Shown here: positions 39,491-52,600 of the stretch, piece after piece
Layout of the letters: each line of letters opens with the position of its first letter
Position numbering within the stretch: the stretch's first letter is position 1
Assembly: GCA_964304625.1 (NCBI GenBank)
Contig: OZ199839.1
Location: 11,668,335-11,732,334, forward strand
Direction: 5' to 3'
Length of the DNA: 64,000 nt
DNA from: Kudoa neothunni
Lineage: Eukaryota; Animalia; Cnidaria
Notes under the pieces: model-generated
What the model was told of the DNA's origin: nothing
Database searches by the model: none
What the model saw: the letters and a program-made list of their open reading frames with translations, nothing else
Position numbers and translations under genes: made by a program

Positions 39491-40289
39491 AATCGAGTCT
39501 TAAACTATTAGTATTAGTTCATGAAAATATTCGGTAATTTTTTTTTTATATTCTCTTTTTATTTGGCGTCTGAAATGCAACACCAATCATTTCAGAGTTG
39601 AAGCTTTATGATAAATATAAGTTTTATAAATTGATATAATTATGGGAAATTAAAAGAAATAATACAAAATAAGAAATAATAAATTATGATAACTTCGCTT
39701 GGTGGAATTATTATTCTAAAAAATATACATAAAAAACTTTAAAGATGAATATTACATTGATATATACCAAAAATTAAGATTTTTTTTAATTTCATGTTAT
39801 TTTAATCTTAATTTTGGATTGTAATATTCTGTAATAAATTGTAAGAAAATTATTTCTGCAAATTGATTGTATTTGTCACAACAAATTTCATGTAATCTGA
39901 AATATTATAAATCTAATTAATTTTTATTAGTTTGATTATATTCAAATTTATAATTTAGGTCTCATTTTAAAGTTGATATTATATTGAATTGTATGCTTAA
40001 AATAATTGTATCAGTCATTTTTTAAATATTTCATGTGTATTTAATGAGTAATATTAACCTTTCATAACTTTAGTTATAATTAAAATTAATTATTTATTAA
40101 AACTATTATTTCGATCGTATCATGAAATAGTATGCAGATCACAAAATTTCTATATTTAAAAAAATTATTTAATCCTTGTTTAAATTAATTTATACGCTAA
40201 CTTGTTTATCTTACCAAAAATGTTATGAAAGCCAACAATAGGTATTTAAGTTCTCGGAAAACGCATTATCAACAATTCCACCCTCAAAA

Positions 40290-42980
40290 CTTCTGTAAAG
40301 AGCCAATGTGACCCCAGACCCAAAAGTTGTGCCCACCATTTTTAAAGCGTAACTTGATTTTTTGAATGTTATGATAAATTTTTATTATTTAGTGTTTGTA
40401 ACACATTATGTACGATGAATCAGAAAAACTAATTGAAGATTCTTCTAAAGGCATTGGTTGTGAACCTGACTACGAGTTCTCAAATTCTGTTGATAAATCA
40501 ACTGACGATTTCCTGGAAGAATTAAGTAGCCAATCTTAAACTGAAGGATCAGATAACGACTTGAATTTTTTCATTGGGAATGAAAATTCTGACTTTGTAG
40601 TTTCTCGGTGTGGTTTTCAATGGAATTTGAAGTATCACACAGGAACTAAAAATCGCTCACACCAACAAAATTTCACCCCCTCCCTCTACATTTCTTGAGA
40701 AAATGGGTAATTTCGAAACTATCTCTCAAGCATTTGGATTGTTTTTTTCTCGTGATATTCTTGATGCGTTAATGCAGTGCACGAATAAACATTGTGAGCA
40801 GTATAGAGGTTTTAACCGTAACGAAATAACAGTAGTGGAGTTAAAGACTGCTTTTGGTGGTATGCACGATTCGGATTGCTCGAATGGATCATCTCTCGCA
40901 CATTCTAAAATGCAAGAGAATACCAATCCTTTATTTAAACAATTTTATTTTGCGGTAGCAATTTCGAGGAACAGATTCGCACATATTTATCAAATGTCGC
41001 GATTTGATGATAAGGCGAAAAGAACTAAACGTAAAAAAATGTCAAATGATGGTTTCGAGGCGATCCGAGACGTTTATCAAACTTTTAATAATAATTTTAT
41101 GAAAATTCGTTGGCCAAGGCTCCGCATCACTGTTGATGATAGGTTGGTAAAATTTAAAGGAAAATGCCTCTTCCGGGTATACATGAAATCTAAGCCAGGT
41201 GGTTATGACATCAAATTATGGGTGGCTGCAGATGCCGAAACATCATATCTTCTCAACATATATCCTTTTACGGGAAAGGTTGATGGATTAAATGAGATGA
41301 ACCAATTTGCAAGGATAGTAAAAGACAATATTTCACCTTTTTATGACACATGTCGAGAAGTTACAATCAACAACTTCTTTACTTCTATTCCACTCGCCCA
41401 GGAACTACTTTCAAATAAAATAACTTTGACTGAAACTATCAGACCATACAAACACGAGATTTCTAAAGAATTCCTCAAAAATCCTAGGTGTAAGGTTTTC
41501 TCGTCAATTTTTGGATTTCATGGAGACCTCACTTTGGTCTCATATGTAACCAAAAATAATTATTCTGTAAACTTTCTCTCAACCGATCATAACGATAGTT
41601 CGATTGAAAATGAGGAGAGAAAACGACCTAGTGTAATTATTTATTACAATAAAACAAAAAGCAGTGTTGATATGGCAGACAAAATAACTGTGTTTTATTC
41701 TTGTTCAAAACCAATACGCAGATGGTTAATGAAAATTATTATGGACCTATTAGATATAGCAGTTTTAAACTCTTATATCTTACTTACCAAAAAATATTCT
41801 GAATGACAAAAAAAATAATGAAAGTGGGAGAAAATATTTTATTAGAGAGCTATCCATTGATTTAGTTAGGGAAAATGTTTCTCATCGCCAAACGAATTCT
41901 GACCGATTACCAAGCTACATAAGATATTGTTTTAGTCTTTTTGATGATAATAATAATGATAATAAATCAATAAAAACGAATTTACTACAACTGCCAAGTA
42001 GAAAAAGGTTTTCCTTGTGCTAAAGAAATGTCAACAAGGAAACAAAGCTAGCGTGTTTCAATTGTCGAAGATTCGTGTGTACAAAGCATAGGGTCAAAAA
42101 AAAATTATTGTATGTACCGAATGCAACAAATAATTTCTTTTTGAACAATGATTTTATAGATCTTACTCAATGTAATTATGTAAGAGCTATATATTATACA
42201 CTGATTTGATTGCATCTTTAATTCTGTATCACTCTTGAAACGAAAAACTATAATTCTCTGGGGAAATTAAATTATTTAACGTCTAGTGTTAAATGTTGTT
42301 TCAAAAAGGGAGAATTTTAATATTTATGCAGTTCCCTTACATAAGGATTATTTCATAAATGTTTGTTGTAGTATTTGGAGGTGTAATTATTTTGCTTTTT
42401 CTATTTACTAAAAGTAAAATTATTAATTAACATCCAACTTTCAAACAAAGGATAGCAAAAATCGGAGAAAACGAAGAATGCAGCTTAAGCATGCGGTATA
42501 GTTAAAAAATTGTATACTTTTATGAATTCATCAATTAAACGCTTAGTAGTAAGGTTATTCAGGAAATCTCGAATTTGAGTTACGTTGTCTCAGTTAACCT
42601 AAAATAAACAAATGTTTTATGCTTGGCGTGGTGGTATTGCGAGTTTCAGTGATACCATTAAATATCCATTTTTCAGCAATAACATATTATATTTAATTTA
42701 ACTGTTATATGTTCTTTTTAATGTTTAATTTTTTATAATTTTAATGCGCATAACTTTGCATGGTTACATGATGACTTCACTCATAAATATTCGCGTTTTC
42801 TATCCCACATGAGCTAAAAGCTTCCTTAAATGGAACATTTCTGAGTTTATCAATGTTTCAGACGTCATAAATTAATGTTTAGAAAAATAAAAAATTGACT
42901 AAGGTATGTTGCAACTGGAGTCACTGAGTGACCCCACCTCGGACAGAGCGTGATTCTATTCTGAGTACGTATAGGGAAGG
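40290..42980 (+). mobile_element. piggyBac family D, defective (left terminus not located)
   Basis: ORF 40703-41806 has SRNRF, ITVDDRLVKFKGKC, YYNKTKSSVDMAD and RRW, with the second catalytic DN changed to NN. Right end ..GGGAAGG|TTAA with a GTCA..TGAC palindrome. Confidence 0.85.
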
Positions 42981-43683
42981 TTAACCGAGCGTTATTAATT
43001 TTTCGTTAACCAATATTTTATTCATAACCGATACACAATATATGATTATATATTATTTAATTCATATATCTCAATTATATGAAAACATTGTAGTTTAGAA
43101 TATAAAAATAACGTTTTTATATTACTTTCACATTTGCATACACATCTTATAATGGCATCAACTATGAATAAAGTCTATATACATATAATCAAACAACTTG
43201 GGATCCTTGGTTTCTTTAAACTTAAAATGTTTTATTCAAAGTTAATAACAGTTGATTCACATACGGAAATAACTTTTAATGTCGATTCAAACAATTAATA
43301 TGATTATGTCGGTGTGAAAGCATTGTTTGCTGAATTGTATATGAACAGATGGTTGAATAATGGCATTTTTAAATGTTATTAGAATTTTTTTAAATGTATA
43401 AGTGTACACGTATTTTAAATTAATATATCTTAAGGTTGTTCCAATGAAAATAAATATTAATTCATATTAAAATAGGTGTTTTAAATGATCCTTTCGTCAA
43501 AGTTTAAGCTTTTTTCATTAATTATTTAATTAATTAATAATAAAATAAGTAAATTCTGTCTGGTTTGAGATAGATATAATATTTGAAGGATCTTAAAGAT
43601 TATACTAAAATATCATTACCGAGTTATAATCGAAACCCTAGTAAATGTCGAATTCGTCTATAGAATAATTAGCTCATTATCTT

Positions 43684-46600
43684 ATGACAACCATGATGAG
43701 GAACATTATTTTTAATTCTGTTTTACTATTTATCACTTTAATTTCAGTAATTGGTAACAATTCTTAATTGGAAAAATTTAGTATATTTTTTGACGTCATT
43801 ATTACATAGAGAATAACTTGGAAAAGTGTAATATTCACTATGCATACAAGTCTAATTTGGATGTGTTGGACGTGTGGCTGAACATTCCAGGACAACGCGA
43901 ATATATCGAAATAAGTTGGAAGTTAGTAAATTCAATCAATAGAACTCCTATTCGGATGTCTCGAAAAAGTCTGATTAAATGTGAAAGTGACGGTGTTTGT
44001 CCAATGTCAATTTACGACCTGAGCAGATTAACGCCGTACCTATTTTTCGTTGAAACAAACGTGTGTTTACAAAAAGAGCCGCTAAAAATATTTCGAAGTA
44101 CGTAACCATATATTAATCTTAATTTAAATAAAATTAAATTGGACTATTTTTAGGTGAATTAAACATTGAAATTGATTATAGTATAAATGAAGACTCAAAA
44201 GTCGTATTTCTAAATGAAATCTTTCGTCACAAAAGATATATTTGTCACATTGAAATAGATGAAACAATTATAAATGGGATAACTCGTTATCCGTCTCTAT
44301 CTATTTACAATTATTGTGATGAACCATCGTACAAAATACCAGAGAATTTGGATAGTGCTATGTTGACCATCAACATAAAGGGCATGAGCTACCCCATTAA
44401 ACTTACAATTAACAGTGAGCCAAAAAAAATTTGGGTGTTTCTGAATTATTTTAGGTAACATGTTGAAAGAGAATCCTTATTTATATGATCAGACACACGA
44501 CAATAAAATCTATATAAATTTCAATAAAGAAGCTATCAAAAATTACAATTTATATTTGATTAATCATTTCCATGTTAACGAAGAAACATCTTCAGCTTAT
44601 CAAATAGAAACAAAATGTGGAAAAAATACTGAATCTTATCAGGAAGGAGAATTTGTATGTGATTATTCTTACGGTTTGTCAGAGTTTCTGAGATTGGAGA
44701 ACAATGAAAACAAAAGAAGTTTTCTATTACACATGCATCAACGTGAGATAATTATTACAGTTTTTAATATATTTGAATTTAGGTAATGATGATGATATAA
44801 CTCTGATTAATGGATTTGGTCAGTTCAAATTAATTATTGATGACTCAAAATTTGATCTAAATAATACTGAATACATATTGGATAGATATAATGGAAATAA
44901 AATAGAGAAAAGATTTAATTGTAACAGAAACAACAAAATTGGTTGCATCGGATTTGTCGTTGATAATGCTATTATTTTTGAAAAGGAATTTTTAAAAACG
45001 TACAGAATAAAACTGTTATATGAAAAAAAAGTTTTGAAGAATTAATCCAATGGAAAACTACATTAATTAAATTTTATCATTCAATTGGATCGAAAATATT
45101 CATGTTTGGTCGAATATACCAGAAGAATACAACCTGAGTTGTTTATACACATTGACCAGGGTTGATACTTTATGGGATGGCTATCACGTGGCGGGAACAT
45201 ACGATTCGTATGGTCCACATTCTCATACTGGCTATAAACCATGCCAAAATTACACAATTGACCTTTCGTCTATCACTCCCAAAACGTTTGCACATATATA
45301 TACCTCAGCTGAATTATGTGGATTCCATAAGAAATATATATGAAAAATATAACTTCCGAATTTCGAAATCCAATGATGATCTCAAAATAGCAACAGTTTT
45401 CAAGAAAGAACATTGTAATATAAAATTTGTTGACTTAAAGAATAAACTAGAATACATGTATTCCAACAAAAATATATTCAGTCAAAGTGATGATGCATAT
45501 ACCTGTGAATCTGAATATTCGTATCCATCAGATATTGATAAAAGAAATATTATTGGAATTTATTTAAAATCACTTGAAACAGACAGCGTCTTCTACGTTG
45601 ATCTACTTTACGGTAATAAATAAAGAAAATTTATAATTCCACATTAAAACATATATTAGACGACGAAAACTTCGACGTACAAATTAATCAGCCAGTTTCT
45701 GGCCAACTGAGCCTTGAATTTACAAAACCAATGGCTATTAATTCATTAGAGTATATAAAGATATTTCAAGTGGATGGTCTTAAAAATGATTTGCAATTAT
45801 TTTACAAGGAAATATAATTCGATAAGCCATGACACAGAAAAATTATCTCAATTAGAATTGGGAGTATTATTAGCTAAAGTTTGTCTATCTAGAGGTAAAA
45901 GTTAAATCAGGTCCCATTTTTAACAAAATTCTATCATTGCGTAAGAAAAATTTGTTGATGTATTTATATTAAATCTTATTTTAGCTGATATTTCAGTGGA
46001 TCCTTATGTAAAAGTTAATGAAAGAAATGTTGAAATTATTCCTCTGAATGCCGTAAATGTTGAAGGAGAATGTAAATTGGTGTTAAGTTTCTTACAATGG
46101 ATCTGACGAATATACAACGTCAAAACTAGCTTATATCCATAAATGCAACGAAAAACTAGTTATTGAGAATTAAAGGAGAGAAATGATATTTCTATCTACA
46201 AAGACAATCGACCGATTGTTAGACAATCCTTTACTTTATGTTATGATTATATTATTCCATTAAGAAAGTTCAAAATAAATATTTGAAATATAATAATTAC
46301 TTTAAATATTTACTGAAATATAAAATATTAATTACACAATTAAATTTTCGTATTATTTATAATATTTGAATTACGTCTTATAATTGATTATTTAAAATTA
46401 TAAATATAATTAATTAAAAATTATAATTTTGATAAATTATAGATGGCAACAATTTAATAACTGGAATGGAATACAATAACAATAAAATTTTGATTCGTCA
46501 CAAAGAACAAGGAAATGAAATTTCAAAATGCACGATTGAGGTTAAAGAGACTAATACGAACGGAAAAACATTATTCAAAAAATGCAATCCTGTTACAGAT

Positions 46601-49600
46601 TCCTGTAATGCTATTGTAGATTGTAATAACGTCACCATTGATACGGTATATAATAAAAATTTTTACCTTAAACTTTCCATCAATGATGATGTGGAAGAGC
46701 TGACTGTACGAGAAAGTAATTAATCGAAATGAATAAAATGCTACAACTAATTATTAAATGATAGTTCCACTTGAGATAATTTGGGAACACCAATGGGATA
46801 GCAACTCATTGAAAATTTTCCACCGAATGGCTGGTATTGGTTTCAAATGCTGTTACAAACTCGAAGGTGTAATCGATGAATCAAACAAAGAAAAATTAAT
46901 TGGAAACGAAGATTTGAGCAATTGTCAACTTGTAGAATGCAATAATTTAAGTTTTACTCTAGAATCTCTTTCTGACATATCAGAAAAATATATAAAATTA
47001 AAGTTTAGTTATCAAATTGAAGGGGAGAAAACTGCAAAGCATTACGATTTAGGTAATTATAATTACTAAAGCATTAGTTTCAGGCTTGTCTAGAAATATT
47101 TAAATAAAATCATATATTTAATGCTTTTCTTTTAAAACTTTAATGTAATTGAAAAAGGTTGTAGAATTTAATCCATTTCTTGACAGAGCCGTGTTTTCAC
47201 GCTATAATATTTATAAAAGTATTATTAAACATATTTTAAATTTAAAAAGATCGAACGGATGAAGTTAATTATTAATGCTTTTAGGATTAAATTGATTATA
47301 AAAATTAAAAAAAGAATTTTTTGTCCTAATTTATATCCAATATGACATTTCTAAACTATACTTTAGGTCATACCAAACATGATTATGTCTTAACACAAGG
47401 AGAGGGCTCAGTGTATTACAAACATATTTTAAAATTAAAAAATGATGCTTCACTAAATCAGAAGTGGTATTTATATAAAAATAATGTCTTGACGGAAGTG
47501 ACTCAAAACATTGACCAAATTGATACCGGTTCAGTGACATACAAATCTTTGAAGCCCGACTTCGAGCAGGAGTACAAATTGGCTGTTGAAGTGGGACCTA
47601 ACGATGCACAATTATTAATATACTACTATCATGAGAAGAATTTAGTAAGTTACGAATTTTATTAACCAATCTTCCCATAGTACTTAAAAAAGGGTGCTAT
47701 TATTCATTAATTATTATTAAAACGAATTTTTTATTTTTGGATTAATGAACAAAATACTTTTTGAAGTAATTTATTAAATTTAATTAATATCATTTAGATG
47801 TTATAAAAATATAAATGAATTCATTTACTTTGGATCAGGCAAATTCAATTTATTCATAATATGGATATTAATTATCATAAATAAAAAAAAATTTGATATT
47901 AATATTAAATCATGATGATGTTTATTAAATTATATATATAATTTAAAATTATTCCAAAAGGGATGCCATATATTAGCATCAAAAAATAATCATTCTACTC
48001 TGCTTATAAAAATATATATTTTTTCTACAGTTCTATAATATAAAATAATATCAAATATGAACGAATCCCGTAATCTGTTAACAAGAAGAGTATAAATAAA
48101 AAAGAATATTTGGAACTAAATCTGTGAATTAATAATTAGCCGATTACAGTAAACTCTCCATATTGCGTAACTTTTTTGAACTATGGATAAGTTATGATTT
48201 AGCAAGAAATTACTTAATAACGAGAGTTTAGAGTGATTTATATTCATATATTTATACAAAAGTTCTTAAAAATATGTTTTACATTTTTAATTTCTAGAAT
48301 TAGACAATATACAAATTATATTAACTATCATTAATTGGGAAGAATAATGTTTTTGTTAAATATTTGAAAAAATATTGTACCAACTGTTTAAACAGAAAAT
48401 TATTTATTAACGTATTTTTAATTATAATGTATTATTTCTATTTAAATAATTAAGGTATGAATAATAAAGTAATCTTTTAAACATTATTTATAGGAATCTT
48501 TGGTTGAAACAAAAACTGAATATATGGAACACATAACACGTATAACATTAAAACCTGAAGAAGCTAAAAGTCAGCCGAAATACATAAAATATTATGTATT
48601 TGTAAATGGAATATTCAATGAGGACGGGCAATCGAAGAAACGAGTTGGGTGCAATGGGACTCCACTATCCGATGTACATGACTGTTCAATCGATTATCGA
48701 GTTTTACCAAATCAAATAATTAAACTTTGTTTAATTGAAAATGAAAGTATAACATCTTGCAAAATCTACAAATCCAGTAATTAAATATTACATTTTTATT
48801 TGATGATATCTCTATCATTGAATTTTTTTAGAATATTATTTTCAAAATATTACATTATTATCAATTGTTGATAATCATTACAAAATTGCAATATCATTTA
48901 ATTCGGGTGTTGAAACTAAATGTTATTTTTCATTTGATTTTATCGACGAAAGAACCATATCTTCTAATCCGATAAATTGTGTATGTGATAAGAACGACTA
49001 TGAAATCACATGCTCTAGTTACAACCCCCATTTGGTTGTTGGACACAATAGAATGATTATGTTTGTCTTGGATAATAAGTCTGAATATTTTGGTACTCTC
49101 AGAATTTCTGTCCCAATGCCTCTCAGTATTTTATATTATTTCAATATATTATAAGCTCATAATAGAAACATACTGGGGTAGAAGTGAATACTCAGTAATT
49201 CATTTGGAAAATCAGGAAAAAGCGATAATAAAATTTAATTCATTTTACTGTGAATATGCTGTTAATGACAATAATTTGGATAAAAATAGCAAAGATGTCC
49301 CTATCATTACTGGGAAAAAAATAGACGGCACTACTGCTATAGGTGCTGGTCAACTTGATCTAACTTGTCCTAATATCTCAGCATCAAATCTACAAGACAA
49401 TAATAAGATGCGATTAAGTTATTCGTTCAGTGAAAAAAATTATTCATTTCAATTAAATAGTAACTTTACTTGATTTTATAAAATTTTCAAAATTACATAT
49501 TTAGGGTTCATTAAACTACGTCTAGTCGATTATAATGCAATAATCTTAGGACGTAGTGCTCATTTTTTTGGAATATTAAATACTTTTTTGAATTATAATT

Positions 49601-52600
49601 ATACTTTGAATACTGTTCTCTATTTAACTCAATCTGAAAACTTTGAAGAACAAACAATAAATACAAAAATTCAAGATATAAAAATTGTTTGTGAAGGTTA
49701 TTATTGTTCAAGCTTATCTTCCCAAATGACTGACGCTTATACATTTATGAACATTTTTAATAGAAAAATTAAATTTGAAAGAAGTATTATTTTTTATTAA
49801 CATAAATTCTCTCAAATTTTTTTTTATTAAAATAAAATTTTAGTCCCTACTATAATAAGTGTTGACATCTTTGAAGTGAGCGAAAAACAGTATATGATAG
49901 ATTATAATATTGACCAAAATCTTCAAAAAATAATCATAAGTGAAAAAGTTACCGATGAATCAAACAATGTTTGTTATAGTAGTAAGGATAAAACTATTTC
50001 ATGTAACCATAGATCTTGTGAACATAAAATCACTACCAACGGCTGTATCACTCCATTATGGTTACATATTGATTCAAAAGATATGGTTTTTTCAAGTTCT
50101 GTTTATAAACGTAACTGAAACTAACAATTAGGAGTGATTTCATTTACGTTATATTTAGTTGAAGCTTTAAGACGAACGATCCCGTTTGAGTATATAGACG
50201 ACGTGGATCAAAATAAATATAAAATAATATTAAAATTAAAAAAAAATGAAATGAATAAAGACTTTATCTCAAAACTTATTACGGTTAATGACCACAATTT
50301 AGCACATGAGTGTTTCAGCCTCGTAAATTTGAAAAGAGTGGAATTGATAATGTTGGTGATAGAAGAAAATTGTTATCTTGAGGATAGAAGAATTCAGTAC
50401 AAAGAACCACTTGTATTGTACCCCCTTTGGAGTGACATAGGTAATAAATATTTTAGTTTAATAAATAAAATAAATTATTTTTAGATAAGTTGTATACCTA
50501 TGGGAAAACGACAATTAGCGAAATGTCTGTAAAGTTACATATTTATCTCCCAATTCCAACAAATTCATTAACAGTGTCGTATATGAAGGTTACAGATTTG
50601 AAAACAAATAATGAAATCACTGAATACGAAAATGAAGATGAAATAATTGTTAATTGTTATGAAAAAACGTGTACACACGACATAAAATTTGCGGGAGAAA
50701 CTATGCCCGATGAATTTGAAATATACTTTCGTCCCAGGGAAATCAATGATTTGAAGTTTTACAGCAAAAGTATAATTTTTATATTATTGAATAAGATATA
50801 TAAATTAATTAGGTTCAAATCAAAATCTAAATTATGTTGATTTTACATATAAAGATGATAAAATATTTGTTTACTTGGAGGGTGATACAATTGTACCTGG
50901 TGTAGAGCTATTCTTAGGAGAAAATAACGACTCAAGATATGAATCATCAACTATCCAAACCAAAGATGGAAAATATTATTGTACGTTTTCTCAGGACAAT
51001 ATTTTGGATGGAACATACTTCAAATTTCCTGGTAGTGAAAAAAGAATAACCTTAAAGAAATATGAAGGTAGCTATCATTTAATAATCATAATTGTTCTTA
51101 ATGTTACGATAAACTGAGATATTGAGTATTTATAATTATCAAATAGAAATATTAAGATTTACATAATTTTATGTTATTAATGTTAAATAAATAGCTAAAA
51201 ACTATATCAGCAATCCGTGAACGCATGTGCATTCATCATTTAAGCGTGCTATTCTTGTTTGATTACGGAGTTACCTCATTAGGTTTCATAATTTCGTGTT
51301 GCGGAGAGCATATAAAAATATATCTGAAATTTTCTTGTGTTTCTTGTTGACATTACATCGCGTTGTTTACAATATTATAAATTAACGTAAAGTTTTTAAA
51401 TTATTTGTTTAAATTAAAAAATTACATCAATAAACCTATAAATATAATATTTCTAATGTAAACTATCAACGTGAAATTTTGCGCATTGGCAAGCAAAACG
51501 TAACCTTAATAATTGAAAATTTATTCTAAATCCGCAAACTGAATTGTTCTCATATTTCATCAGTTAGTGCCAAATATTATTGGGGAACAACTGTGTAAAC
51601 TTGAAACGTGGGACATATTTATACTCCATTTTTAATTGAAGCATGTAGATTTTTTAGCTACTTAGATTGTAAATAATACATGCCCTTCATTGTGAAGCTG
51701 TATTTAATAAAAATATTATATACAGTTTATAAAAAAGAATTATGAATTCGTTAGGTCTTGAAAAGATATTATATGAAAGGATTAATATATATTTTTAATT
51801 TAAATAGGCCCATTCCCCTACAAAACCGGGGTTTCGCACTAGTTATACATATATTTTTATGTTTCTATTTCATCATCACTGCAATTTAGAAAGATTCAGC
51901 TATGAAATGGAATATTATTGGGATTCTCGAAGCCTGAAAATTAAATTGATACTAAATTCATTACAGATATATCAAAAGTTAAATCTCAATTATTCATTGC
52001 GTGAGGAGAATCAATGGATAGAAAAATGAAACATCACTAAAGAAAGATATTGAATGCTCTACAAATGTATGCAGCTGGGAATTGGAAAATGTCCGTTCAA
52101 ACAAAAATATGATTTTAACGTTTTCTTCGGGAGAACTTATCAGTCCTGTTTCCTATTTTATCAAGAATGGTAAATTATCATTATTAGAATGTTAATATTC
52201 TTTATTTCCTAAAATTTTTAGATACATGCTCATTCTCTGGTGTTAAGCAAAATTTTAGGTCCATTGGCGACGCTTCAGTAATAATAACTATAACAGATGC
52301 TCAACCAAAGGAGTTAGAAGTCGTTTATTCTGTATATGAAGCGACTGAAAGGAACCGAGAAATAGTGCAAAAAACTACTAAAACGATACCTTGCAATAGA
52401 TATGAATGCACGTTGGATATTCCAACCCATATCACTCACAAAAAGCTATATTGTTCTTTTAAGTATGCCGAATTGCAGTCATAAAATGAAGTTTAAAATA
52501 GAGAAATGTATGATTTATATAAAAATATATTAATTAATTTTGTCTATTAGCTCCAAGCACTTACAAACTAGGATACCATTACGACTATAATGACTATACT

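Noticed and set aside
40703-41806. Longest ORF as a domesticated or active piggyBac transposase
   Set aside because: The second catalytic Asp is lost (INNFF), there is a premature stop before the Cys-rich domain, and the N-terminus is broken.
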